A DNA stretch of 64,000 nucleotides from Candidatus Geocrenenecus huangii (lineage in GTDB: Archaea > Thermoproteota > Nitrososphaeria_A > Caldarchaeales > Wolframiiraptoraceae): the NCBI GenBank assembly GCA_023254095.1, contig JALNLM010000001.1, positions 96,001-160,000 on the forward strand, in the 5' to 3' direction. Positions 20,354 through 30,002 of this stretch are shown one piece after another (position 1 is the first letter of the stretch; every line of letters begins with the position of its first letter). Below the pieces are notes generated by a model. The model was not told where the DNA came from. It made no database searches and saw nothing but the letters and a program-made list of their open reading frames with translations. The translations under genes were made by a program, and so were the position numbers.

Positions 20354-21265
20354 TTACAGTTGTGATATCTCTGCACCAATATTACGTGCGGTTGTGAAGA
20401 TGAACCTAAAACCCTCTACGCTTCCGAGTTTCCTACCTACCTCTTCAACCCCTGATCTTTCCACGAACCCATATATTGTCGGACCCCATGAACTTTGACC
20501 AATACCTCTTACTCCAATTTTTCTTAGCAGCTCAACAACTTTTACGGAGTCTTTGAAGTATCTGCCAGATTGAGCGGTCTCGAAGAATCTGGATGTCATT
20601 GCATCGATTTCTTCAATAGCTTGCGAGAATCTCTGAAAATTCTTCTCAATTAGAGATGGTAGAAGTTTCATCAAGATTATCAAGGATGTTTCTCTAGGAT
20701 CTCCGCTATCAGGTCTCTTCAATGCCTCAAATTCTATTCTCCCATGCAAGCCTATTCCTTCTTCTGTCGGAATTGCTAACAAGATCATCCATTCCTGAGG
20801 GAAGTCAGCTCTGAACAGTAATGGTGGAATATCTGTATCAGATTCTTTACCTCCGTCAATAGTCAATCCACCCCTCTGGAATAACCAGTAGCCTGCACCA
20901 GATACTGTACATCTGTTAAAGATCAAAGCTATATCTCTAGACGTTAGATCAAGGTCATAGAGTTTAGAAGCTGCTAATCCGATCGAGAGAATAGTCTGAG
21001 TCCCAGATCCTAATCCAACGTGTCTAGGAATATAGTTAAGGCATCTAACCATTAAACCGTTTATTCCCAGTTTCCCAACGACATCTTCAACAAGCATTTC
21101 CAACCATTTAGGACCATCGACAATGATACTGTCGCATTTAGAGACAATCATAGACAGCCTAGGATCGTTCAAGTAAAGTCCTACTGAACCCCATCTACGT
21201 CCAAGAACCCCCAATGGATCAATAAATCCTAAATGGATTCTTGATCCAGCTTCTACCTTAATCAT
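20354..21265 (-). CDS. mptG: Beta-ribofuranosylaminobenzene 5'-phosphate (RFAP) synthase, GHMP family
   Basis: SRIHLGFID, HVGLGSGTQ, GQSSWGPT. Confidence 0.85.
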   Translation of the reverse strand: MIKVEAGSRIHLGFIDPLGVLGRRWGSVGLYLNDPRLSMIVSKCDSIIVDGPKWLEMLVEDVVGKLGINGLMVRCLNYIPRHVGLGSGTQTILSIGLAASKLYDLDLTSRDIALIFNRCTVSGAGYWLFQRGGLTIDGGKESDTDIPPLLFRADFPQEWMILLAIPTEEGIGLHGRIEFEALKRPDSGDPRETSLIILMKLLPSLIEKNFQRFSQAIEEIDAMTSRFFETAQSGRYFKDSVKVVELLRKIGVRGIGQSSWGPTIYGFVERSGVEEVGRKLGSVEGFRFIFTTARNIGAEISQL

Positions 21266-21397
21266 CGATCTTCAGAACCTTAAACCATAATTTCTGCGTA
21301 TTCTTTTATAATTTTAAAGTCTGTTTACTATGTTCCGAGCTGGAAAATTTAATGATGCTTATCAAGACGCTATCTTTGTAGGAATAGTAATAGTTAT

Positions 21398-22312
21398 ATG
21401 GGAGCCGCCTGGACTGAAACTGTAGTCTATAATATGTCGATGAGTAACGTTCCTAACGTTCAAGATGAAGAACCGAAAGTACAAATTCCGATAAATAGGG
21501 TCGGGTTCAAGAATATAAGGATACCTGCAGGTAAAATGCTTTTAAATGGGTTAGAGATATTTTTCATACCCAGGTTTCATATATCGGTAGATTTGCCTAA
21601 AGACAAACGTGGTGTTCATGCATCTAGAATATATGGTATCGTCTCAGAAATAGTTAAGGAGTATTGGGGGAAGAACGTAGAGCTCGAGGAGATTGGGGAG
21701 GAGATCGCTAAAGGATTATTGAAAGCACATCCGTACTCGAGTAAGGCATATGTTGTTATAGAGTCTTCAGCATACTATAAGGCTGAAGCACCTATTACGA
21801 AATCCACCTCCTACGAACGCTTCAAAATATATGTAAAAGTTAAAGCATACAGGAACTCGAAGAGTATAAAATATTTTGGAGTGGAGGTCGAGGGATTAAC
21901 AGCCTGTCCATGTGCTAGAGAAGTCGTAAAGAAAGCTTTCCCTGGAGCGGATACAACACATATGCAGAGGAGTAGAGCCAAAGTCATTCTTAGATTGTTT
22001 GGAGATACGAGAATAGACCTGGTCGACCTACTGGACATAGTTAAGTCATCTTTCAGCTCTCCACTATATTCATACTTGAAGAGAACAGATGAGGCGAAAG
22101 TGGTTATTGACGCATTAGAGTCGCCTAAATTTGCAGAAGATACTCTCAGAGAAATAGTAGAGAAGATTGCTCAGAGGTGGATAGACCTGCCCGATGATTC
22201 AGAGATATACGTAAGTGTTGAAAGTAAAGAGAGCCTCCATCCTCAAGATATCGTAGCATTCATCAAATTGAAGTTAAGCGATGCGAGAAACCTGCTAAAC
22301 AAGAGGGTGTAG
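21398..22312 (+). CDS. mptA: GTP cyclohydrolase MptA/FolE2 family
   Basis: GVHASR, TACPCA, THMQRS, PKFAED, ESLHPQD; true start may be a later ATG. Confidence 0.88.
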   Translation: MGAAWTETVVYNMSMSNVPNVQDEEPKVQIPINRVGFKNIRIPAGKMLLNGLEIFFIPRFHISVDLPKDKRGVHASRIYGIVSEIVKEYWGKNVELEEIGEEIAKGLLKAHPYSSKAYVVIESSAYYKAEAPITKSTSYERFKIYVKVKAYRNSKSIKYFGVEVEGLTACPCAREVVKKAFPGADTTHMQRSRAKVILRLFGDTRIDLVDLLDIVKSSFSSPLYSYLKRTDEAKVVIDALESPKFAEDTLREIVEKIAQRWIDLPDDSEIYVSVESKESLHPQDIVAFIKLKLSDARNLLNKRV

Positions 22313-22315
22313 GCT

Positions 22316-23113
22316 TTGAGATGGGAAGAGTGGGAGCCAATCTATCTTGAGATAGTTAAAGAGATGGGCTATTCCATAGAGAAAGATCTTACGGCAGCCT
22401 ATACATTAAGTCACCTGATAACTGACAGAGCTTTAACCACCGAGGAATTAAGAGAAGAGTTAGATGAAAGAAAAACTGCGGTAGTCTTCGGGGCGGGACC
22501 ATCACTTAAAGTAGACATAGAAGAATTCGTTAAGTCGGGCATAATTGATGACGTCGTTGTTTTTGTAGCCGATGGAGCTTCAAGAGCATTCCTAGAAAGA
22601 GGATTAAAGATTGATATTATTGTAACCGATCTGGATGGAGGTGACGAGACTCTAATAGAATCTTCTAGGGTATGTCTAGCAACAGTGGTACATGCTCATG
22701 GAGATAATATTGAAAAGATAAGAGAACTTGTACCACGACTTTATGGAAAGATACTTGGTACAACGCAATGCAAGCCATGCGACCTCCTATACAACTTTGG
22801 AGGATTTACTGATGGAGATAGAGCAGTATTCTTGTCGGATGCTCTAGGATTTGAAAACATAGTTCTAGCAGGAATGGATTTCGGAGAAGAAATAGGTGAA
22901 TACTCTAAGAGCATCAACAAGCATGATTTTGAGCGGCTTAAGGTTAAGAGAAAGAAGCTACGCATAGGTAAGAAGCTACTCGAAATCTACGCATCCAAAT
23001 CTACTAGGAAACTGTTCAATGCAACTTCTAGAGGTGAGGAAATAAAAGGATTTATTCAAACATCTTTCGAGGAAATAGAAGATGTGCTAAGACAACATGT
23101 GCTAGAATCATAG
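22316..23113 (+). CDS. mptE: 6-hydroxymethyl-7,8-dihydropterin pyrophosphokinase MptE
   Basis: GAGPSL, ADGA, VTDLDG, VHAHGDN, NFGGFTDGDRA. Confidence 0.9.
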   Translation: MRWEEWEPIYLEIVKEMGYSIEKDLTAAYTLSHLITDRALTTEELREELDERKTAVVFGAGPSLKVDIEEFVKSGIIDDVVVFVADGASRAFLERGLKIDIIVTDLDGGDETLIESSRVCLATVVHAHGDNIEKIRELVPRLYGKILGTTQCKPCDLLYNFGGFTDGDRAVFLSDALGFENIVLAGMDFGEEIGEYSKSINKHDFERLKVKRKKLRIGKKLLEIYASKSTRKLFNATSRGEEIKGFIQTSFEEIEDVLRQHVLES

Positions 23114-23175
23114 AAGCTAGCCGGTCGTTAAAGGTTTATGTCTAAGCATACTTTCAGTAACTTTTGTGATGGAAC

Positions 23176-23973
23176 ATGACCGGAAATAAGAAGTGTAAAA
23201 TTGGCATTATAGGTGGATCCGGAATTTACGATCCCGGTCTCTTAAAGAATGTAGAGAGAGCAAAAGTTTACACACCCTATGGCTCGCCAAGCTCTCACAT
23301 CACTATCGGAGAATACTCTGGGATAACGGTAGCCTTCATCCCAAGGCATGGAGAAGGCCACATTATTCCACCACATGCGATAAACTATAGAGCAAATATC
23401 TGGGCTTTAAAAGAGCTTGGAGTCGAGAGGGTGCTTGCTCCAAGCGCTGTGGGAAGTCTCCAAGAAGGGTATAAGCCAGGGGAACTTGTTCTCCCAGACC
23501 AGTACATTGATAGGACTTGGGGGCGCGCCGGAACATTCTACGAGGGGGGTCAGGTAGCGCATGTAAGCATGGCCGACCCATTCTGCCCAGAGCTTACAGA
23601 CATAGTATATGATGTTGCGGTCTCACTCGGTCTACCCATACATAAGGGTGGAACGTACATCTGTATCCAGGGGCCACGATTCTCAACTAGAGCAGAATCA
23701 AGACTCTACAAGAGCTGGGGTGCACATATAATAGGTATGACTTTAGTCCCAGAAGTGAATCTGGCTAGAGAAGCAAGAATGTGTTATCTAACAATAGCGA
23801 TGGTAACAGACTATGATGTATGGGCTGAGAAACCTGTAAGCGCTGAAGAAGTAGCACGGACTATGAGGGAGAACGTTGAGAAAGTTAAGAAGCTATTAGA
23901 GAAGACGATCCCGAAGATACCTGAGGATAGAAGATGTCTATGTAAAAAGTATCTGGACGAGGCACTTATGTAA
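23176..23973 (+). CDS. mtnP: 5'-methylthioadenosine phosphorylase
   Basis: [30 protein letters not shown]. Confidence 0.93.
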   Translation: MTGNKKCKIGIIGGSGIYDPGLLKNVERAKVYTPYGSPSSHITIGEYSGITVAFIPRHGEGHIIPPHAINYRANIWALKELGVERVLAPSAVGSLQEGYKPGELVLPDQYIDRTWGRAGTFYEGGQVAHVSMADPFCPELTDIVYDVAVSLGLPIHKGGTYICIQGPRFSTRAESRLYKSWGAHIIGMTLVPEVNLAREARMCYLTIAMVTDYDVWAEKPVSAEEVARTMRENVEKVKKLLEKTIPKIPEDRRCLCKKYLDEALM

Positions 23974-24258
23974 ACTTCATCTATTTATATGAAATTTCTC
24001 AATAATTCTAAAACTTGTAGATTCGATAATAGAACAATGTTCATGAAAAGTTTGACTCTTACTGAGATCTCAGGCTGCTGTAATAAGTTTACCTTCTAGT
24101 CGGGTCTCTTCCCTCAATTATCAGGTTATATCTTTAATAGTAGTCGTCTTAAATCTCCAAGTATCTATGGAATTCTTGTAGGTGTAGTCGAACCCTAAAA
24201 TTCACCTCAACATTTAAATCTAGCTGGATTGACTAGATATGCTTTAGAGGGATAGATT

Positions 24259-25797
24259 ATTGTTTCAGAGATTACGCTTCACTGGCTTGAGAAGAGCCTA
24301 GTCAAGTTATTGAGAAGAGAGGGGAGGGCTCTAAGTTTTGAGGAGGCTGCAAATCTTCTTAACAGAGATGTCGGTACGATAGCTAAAACTGTTCAATGGC
24401 TTAGGGAGAAAAACCTTGTAGAGGTCGAAGTAAGAACATCGAATCTTGTATCTTTAGGATCGGAAGGTCAAATCTATTCCGCTGATGGACTTCCTGAGAG
24501 GAGGTTGATAGAGATGCTTTCAGAGGCAGGAGGCGTAGCTAGCATAGATGAGCTGAAGAAAAGTCTTGGCGAAGACGTCTTCCAGATAGGCTTAATCTGG
24601 GCAAAGAAGAATCAATGGATAAATATAGAGTCTACTGGCCCCCAGAAATCTGTCAAGCTAATACATTATCCGGGAGAAACATCTGAGGAAAAACTTCTTA
24701 AACATTTAAGAGAGAGGGGAGTAGTTGAATTCGAAGACCTCGGTGAAGACTTAAAGAAGGCTTGCATGAACCTTAAAACTAGACAATCTGTCATCAATAT
24801 AGATGAAGTTAAGAGATATTACGTGAGGCTTACAGATAAAGCCTTGCAGATCCCAGAAGGAGAACTGCATATACAGGAAGTTACCAGGTTGACGAAGGAC
24901 ATGCTTACCTCGGGCTCGTGGAGACAGTATAGGTTCAGCAGATTCGATATCAGCGCTCCCTCGAAACCAATCTACGCTGGGAAGAGGCATCCTCTCCAGA
25001 GATTAATAAAAATTGTTAAAGAGATATTTGTCGAGATGGGGTTCGAGGAGATACGCGGACCCATTGTAGAACTTGCTTTCTGGAATTTCGATGCTTTATT
25101 CCAGCCTCAAGACCATCCTGCAAGAGACATGCATGATACCTTCTACCTAAATTATCCTAGCACTGGCCAGTTGCCTGAAAACCTAGTAGAAAGGATAAAA
25201 GATGCGCATGAAACAGGTGGTTCGACGGGGTCGCTTGGATGGAGATACAGATGGAGAAGAGAAGAAGCTGATAAACTAGTTCTCAGAACTCATACTACTG
25301 CTACCACCATCAGATATCTTGCTGAGCACCCTGACCCGCCTGTAAAAGTGTTCTCAGTAGATAGGATATACAGGAATGAAAAAGTAGACTGGAAGCATCT
25401 AGCAGAATTTCATCAGATTGAAGGAATAGTAATGGATAAGAATGTATGCTTCAGAGACCTCATAGGATTGATTAAAGAATTCTACTCCCGTCTAGGCTTG
25501 AAAGATGTGAGGTTTAGACCAAGCTACTTTCCATACACTGAGCCTTCGGCTGAAGCGATAGTATATCTTAGAGAGAAGAACACATGGCTAGAATTGATAG
25601 GGATGGGGATCTTTAGACCAGAGGTCACTCAGCCTCTAAATGTCAAGTACCCAGTTCTAGCTTGGGGAGGTGGACTTGAACGCCTTGCACTAGCATTGTA
25701 CAATCTAGAAGACATAAGAACATTCTACATGAATGATCTTAGATGGATTAGAAGCATCCCAAGCACTTATCTTGATAAGAAAATCGGATTATCGTAG
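24259..25797 (+). CDS. pheS: Phenylalanyl-tRNA synthetase alpha subunit; start unresolved
   Basis: FWNFDALFQPQDHPARD, YRNE, YFPYTEPS, GGGLERL; frame open from 24256 (IIVSEITLHWLEKSL) after TAG 24253. Confidence 0.95.
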   Translation: MVSEITLHWLEKSLVKLLRREGRALSFEEAANLLNRDVGTIAKTVQWLREKNLVEVEVRTSNLVSLGSEGQIYSADGLPERRLIEMLSEAGGVASIDELKKSLGEDVFQIGLIWAKKNQWINIESTGPQKSVKLIHYPGETSEEKLLKHLRERGVVEFEDLGEDLKKACMNLKTRQSVINIDEVKRYYVRLTDKALQIPEGELHIQEVTRLTKDMLTSGSWRQYRFSRFDISAPSKPIYAGKRHPLQRLIKIVKEIFVEMGFEEIRGPIVELAFWNFDALFQPQDHPARDMHDTFYLNYPSTGQLPENLVERIKDAHETGGSTGSLGWRYRWRREEADKLVLRTHTTATTIRYLAEHPDPPVKVFSVDRIYRNEKVDWKHLAEFHQIEGIVMDKNVCFRDLIGLIKEFYSRLGLKDVRFRPSYFPYTEPSAEAIVYLREKNTWLELIGMGIFRPEVTQPLNVKYPVLAWGGGLERLALALYNLEDIRTFYMNDLRWIRSIPSTYLDKKIGLS

Positions 25798-25825
25798 AAG
25801 ATTATCAATTGTAGAGAAAGATCAT

Positions 25826-26416
25826 CTATCTATCGTCTCCGTAGGGTGTGGGGAGAGCCTCCAAACTAGTAATCCATTCTATGAATTTTTTCGACGATCT
25901 TCCTCTATGTGATATCTTGTTCTTTTCATGTACCTCCATCTCCGCGAATGTTCTCCCATCTCCCTCATCTGGTATGAAGATTGGGTCGAATCCGAAACCA
26001 CTCACACCTCTAGATTCATAAGATATACTTCCTCTAACTTCTCCAGCGAAGAATTTAATCCCAGTATACGGTGAATAGAAACCGATCACCGATTTGAAGG
26101 AAGCTGACCTTTCTTCTATGTTATTCATCAACTTCAATAAACCTCCCACCCCTATTGTCTTATAGACGTAGGAAGAATACGGGCCGGGAAAACCATTAAG
26201 AGAATCTATGAATAAGCCAGCATCCTCAACTAGTACTGGTTCTCTAAGAATATTATAAGCGTAGAGTACACTCTCCTTAGCTATCTCTCTAAGATCAGAA
26301 GATTGTATTTCCTTTGTCTTCAATAATTCAACCCGGTATCTTAGATTGTATTGCTTGAAGATCTGCTCGAATTCTTCGAGCTTTCCCTTATTCGTGGTAA
26401 CGACCGTGAACCTCAT
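25826..26416 (-). CDS. rdgB: Non-canonical purine NTP pyrophosphatase (ITPase/HAM1)
   Basis: TTNKGK, EDAGL, GFPGPYS, FGFDPIF, SHRG. Confidence 0.95.
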   Translation of the reverse strand: MRFTVVTTNKGKLEEFEQIFKQYNLRYRVELLKTKEIQSSDLREIAKESVLYAYNILREPVLVEDAGLFIDSLNGFPGPYSSYVYKTIGVGGLLKLMNNIEERSASFKSVIGFYSPYTGIKFFAGEVRGSISYESRGVSGFGFDPIFIPDEGDGRTFAEMEVHEKNKISHRGRSSKKFIEWITSLEALPTPYGDDR

Positions 26417-27057
26417 CTCCTTCTCTCCTCCACATATCTACCCCTCCTCCTTATTTCTCTTATCTTAGAAATCAAATCTCTCGTAAAGTCTCCACCTACT
26501 ACTTCTGAGTATCCTTGAAAGAAGCTGTGCATAAATAATTCTCTTACACCATAGTGTCCGCTTTCCAAACTCCTATCCAATAGATGTATATCTACTGCAA
26601 AATCTTCTAATTCATCTGTGAATATGCTTAATCCAAAGTCCACTAGGTACAGTTTACCTGAATCGTCAACTATGATGTTGGATGTTGTTAAGTCGCCGTG
26701 AGCTATCCCCGCCATATGCATTCTCCCAACAAGCCTACCTAGAGAATCTGAAACTTCCATTACCTCTCTTTCATTTCTTGCCTCCAGCCATCTTTTAAGC
26801 TCTACACCAACAATATACTGCATATATATTGTTGTCTCCTTCCTATCAATCAACAATACGGCTGGACATGGAACACATGCTTTCTTCAAAGCTAGCATAA
26901 CTTTAACTTCATGAATCATCCTAGATTCTCTGATCTTCTCATCTAAGTTAGAGATTCTATAAGGCTTAGGGATTCTATGCTTCGAGAGGACATCGAACCC
27001 TATTAGATGAGTTCTTGAAATAATGGCTTCAGCACCAATTCTAATAACATTGCTCAT
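26413..27057 (-). CDS. bud32: KEOPS kinase Bud32/PRPK
   Basis: GAEA, K.RIPKPYR, HGDLTTSN, DFGLS, RRRGRY; start reset to MSNVIRIGAEA. Confidence 0.93.
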   Translation of the reverse strand: MSNVIRIGAEAIISRTHLIGFDVLSKHRIPKPYRISNLDEKIRESRMIHEVKVMLALKKACVPCPAVLLIDRKETTIYMQYIVGVELKRWLEARNEREVMEVSDSLGRLVGRMHMAGIAHGDLTTSNIIVDDSGKLYLVDFGLSIFTDELEDFAVDIHLLDRSLESGHYGVRELFMHSFFQGYSEVVGGDFTRDLISKIREIRRRGRYVEERRR

Positions 27058-27229
27058 CTTCCAGCTATACAATCTATATAGAAGTAAGTAAAAAATATGA
27101 AGGAACAAGACTGCCAACGTCATAAGAACCGACTCATGTAGGGTGAACATGATATACAATCTCTCAACCCAACTTCCAGACACCAACAAGCGAAAATATC
27201 TAGAGTATGACAAATATCGGCTTCTCAGA

Positions 27230-27541
27230 TCATGATACCAGAACAGTAGCTGTAAGTATCTTGAGATGAGAGATCTTGTTATTTGATAAGCCCGGGGAGA
27301 AGATTGTTTCAATAAGCTCTGAGTAAGATACGTTATATAGTTCTGCTAGATGCTGTAAGTAGTCTATTGGGTCTCCCCAAGCCCACTCCCACTCCATGAA
27401 CCCGCATCTGAAGCACCTACTATAAACGTCTCCAGCAGCCGAGACTATCAGCCTCCTAGTATTCTCACCGCCACATTCATAACAGTTTCTAAACCCTAAA
27501 ACCTTCTTAACCACGATCATTCCAGCCATCATATAAAACAT
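27230..27541 (-). CDS. Small Zn-ribbon protein of unknown function
   Basis: CYEC...CFRC pairs; start uncertain. Confidence 0.6.
   Translation of the reverse strand: MFYMMAGMIVVKKVLGFRNCYECGGENTRRLIVSAAGDVYSRCFRCGFMEWEWAWGDPIDYLQHLAELYNVSYSELIETIFSPGLSNNKISHLKILTATVLVS
27289..27299. repeat. 11-bp direct repeat of tRNA-Cys 3' end (att-like)
   Basis: AGCCCGGGGAG identical to 28498-28508. Confidence 0.5.
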
Positions 27542-27736
27542 AGTATATATCAGTCTTCGTGGCCTAACGGTTTAGTCTATGGTTCTATGAATCTAGCTCT
27601 CTCAGTACACAAATCCTTCTTCCTCCTACGTTTCTCACTCAATGTATAATACAGTATGAGGAGGATGCAGTATGTAATGAGTGTAACGGTTAGAAATATT
27701 AGCCTTAACAATTCTACGGGTTCTCCTAGAATATTT

Positions 27737-27973
27737 CTACTCTGCAACTCTTATCCTCTCAACCCTCTCAAGATTTATGAAGAGCTTATTACTGTTCGAG
27801 GAGATGACTATCATGGCAGGCTTTGTATCGAGGCTGAATGCTATTAGCCTACCATATATCGGCTCCCCCCTAACCGTTACTACCTCCACCTGCTTCTCCA
27901 GGACTGACTGGAGTTGGGCTTTAATCCAGCTCCTACTCTTTACCTCTCCTTTTAACTCCAAGAGAACCACCAA
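27737..27973 (-). CDS. Divergent Sm/Lsm(Hfq)-fold small protein; 5' end uncertain
   Basis: Helix then KQVEVVTVRGEPIYGRLIAFS (Sm1-like) and LFINLERVERI (Sm2-like). Confidence 0.55.
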   Translation of the reverse strand: MVVLLELKGEVKSRSWIKAQLQSVLEKQVEVVTVRGEPIYGRLIAFSLDTKPAMIVISSNSNKLFINLERVERIRVAE

Positions 27974-28446
27974 AACCGATACGAAGAAAGAAGAAATCTA
28001 ATGCATTCATGGTAGAAGTCGAATCTAAAACTCTATATGAGCTACTCAGGAAACTAATAGACATAAATAAAATAGCGCCTTTCGTTGAGTACTGTGAAGA
28101 GTGTATGAGGAGGTTTGCAAGAAGTTTCTTTGACAGTGAAGGGTGCGTAAGTAAAAATGGACAAATTTCCTGCTCCAACAGCGATCTACAGCTTCTTCAG
28201 TATGTCAGGAAGATTCTAAATCTTCTTGGGATAAGAACGACTGAACCAAAGATATGTGTGAAGAAGGAGACTGCATTATTCGACAGAAGAAAAGGGAAGA
28301 CATATACTGCAAAGAAGGATGTATATCGCATTTATGTTAGAATGTCAGACGTATTAAGGTTCTATCAATTGATTGGATTTACTATATAGAGAAAGTAGAA
28401 AAGACTCGAAGAATATCTTAAGACACATGGACTACTAACAATATAG
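27961..28446 (+). pseudogene. Decayed LAGLIDADG homing endonuclease (N-terminal domain lost, two internal TAG)
   Basis: FARSFFDSEG, ISCSNSDLQLL; frame continues GFTI*RK*KRLEEYLKTHGLLTI*. Confidence 0.8.
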
Positions 28447-28494
28447 CCCCCACAACCCCACTCTATTTTTTAACCCACTCATAATATAATATAC

Positions 28495-28570
28495 TGGAGC
28501 CCGGGGAGGGATTTGAACCCCCGTGTAGCGGGTCTGCAGCCCGCCGCCTAAACCACTCGGCCACCCGGGC
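28495..28570 (-). tRNA. tRNA-Cys(GCA), 76 nt, CCA encoded, no intron
   Basis: GCCCGGG/CCCGGGC acceptor stem, GCGGG-CTGCAGA-CCCGC anticodon arm, GGTTCAAATCC T-loop, U73 discriminator. Confidence 0.97.
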
Positions 28571-29177
28571 ATCCTTTAGGGTTCCTGATTCTCTATATAT
28601 TTAGAGATACTTAAAAATTTTAACTTGGTTTATCCCAGGTAGATCTATCTAAGATACTCAAATGGTTGAGGTTTTGTAGTAGTTTAGATGAGATTATAAT
28701 CGCTAATCTTGAAATCATATCTATGGCCTCAGAGACAGATAAGAATATACACAGGTTTAAGTTGAGTACCTTATTTTTCAGATAACAACATTTATATACT
28801 AAGTTTTCCATGAAATTACTACAAATATAAACAGCAGAAACGCTATTCTACAACTTTGTTTAATATATGCTATCAACAATAGAGGACAACATTATTGGTA
28901 GGCTCTCCGGGGATAGATAAAAGCGTATCTGATGTCTCTATAGCAGATCTTAGAACCTCCCGAGAATGTTAAGTCTCTCCAAGACTCTGTAAGTTAGTCA
29001 GGGGAAACAATCTAGGAAGCACAGAGTAGAATAGCATCATCTGTTAAGAAAGTGGACGTAATGGGCCGACCGGCGTATCTTTACGTATAGGGTGTCACGG
29101 TGGCTTTTCTCTATGTGTTTCTCATTAAATTTAAAGAGTAGACTATCGGATAATTTCTCGGTAGTGGTGGAGGCAGA

Positions 29178-29951
29178 TTGAGTTTCGTTAGGAGGAGGAG
29201 TGTTATCAATTTATTGAAGTCTAGGAGAAGTATCAGGGTATTTAGTCCTGTAAGCATCCCTGATGAAGTAGTCAAACTACTTGTAGAAGTAGGTGAGAGA
29301 GCTCCAACATTTTTCCAAATGTACTCGATTATCTGGGTTAAGAGTCAGGAGAAGAAGGAGAAACTAGCTGAACTCTGCAGGGGAGAGATTGTAAAAAATG
29401 CATCGATAATCTTACTGGTATGTGGAGATTTGAGGAGAATGTATAGGATGCTGAATCTGCTCGAGCATAAGCATGTCCTAACATCAGATAAACATCCAGT
29501 TGAGACGATAATGTCTATATTTGATGCAGCTTTAACTGTCGAGAATATAATAATTGCTGCTGAATCTCTAGGCTTAGGGTCAGTCATACTTGATTGCCCC
29601 ATACTATACGCTCCAGCCATTACACAATTATTCCAGCTTCCTAAAGGAGTTGTGCCGCTCACTCTGATATGCATTGGTGTTAGAGGGGAATCACCACCAC
29701 TGAGACCTAGACTCCCATTAAATATCGTCCTGCATGAAGACATGTATAGAGAGCCAACTGATGAAGAATTGAAAAATTTCTTATCCACTCTAGAGAAACA
29801 CATGGAATATGAAAATTACGTCAAGAAGTACACCGGTAGGGAAGTCAAGTACATTGATTATATTAAGGCGAAGACGGAGCTAACTAAGGAGACGGAGAAA
29901 GAAAATGAAGCATTAATCAAGTATCTGAGAGAAAACATGTTTAGGATCTAA
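29178..29951 (+). CDS. Nitroreductase-family flavoprotein
   Basis: RRSIRVF, DAAL...IAAESLGLGS, RPRLP. Confidence 0.88.
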   Translation: MSFVRRRSVINLLKSRRSIRVFSPVSIPDEVVKLLVEVGERAPTFFQMYSIIWVKSQEKKEKLAELCRGEIVKNASIILLVCGDLRRMYRMLNLLEHKHVLTSDKHPVETIMSIFDAALTVENIIIAAESLGLGSVILDCPILYAPAITQLFQLPKGVVPLTLICIGVRGESPPLRPRLPLNIVLHEDMYREPTDEELKNFLSTLEKHMEYENYVKKYTGREVKYIDYIKAKTELTKETEKENEALIKYLRENMFRI

Positions 29952-30002
29952 TCAGTAAACTTATTTAACTAATTTTTCCAAATTATAGCCAGTGTTAAGA
30001 GA

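Noticed and set aside
27058-27312. 85-aa N-terminal extension of Bud32 in the ORF track
   Set aside because: No kinase or Kae1 similarity, and it overlaps the Zn-ribbon ORF; homology starts at ATG 27057
28387-28398. In-frame TAGs here and in the ferredoxin relic as amber recoding
   Set aside because: TAG ends many intact genes in the window (herA, acnA, pheS) and both loci carry other lesions
28620-29177. 63-aa ORF and long intergenic region upstream of tRNA-Cys
   Set aside because: No motif, repeat or convincing RNA structure recognised
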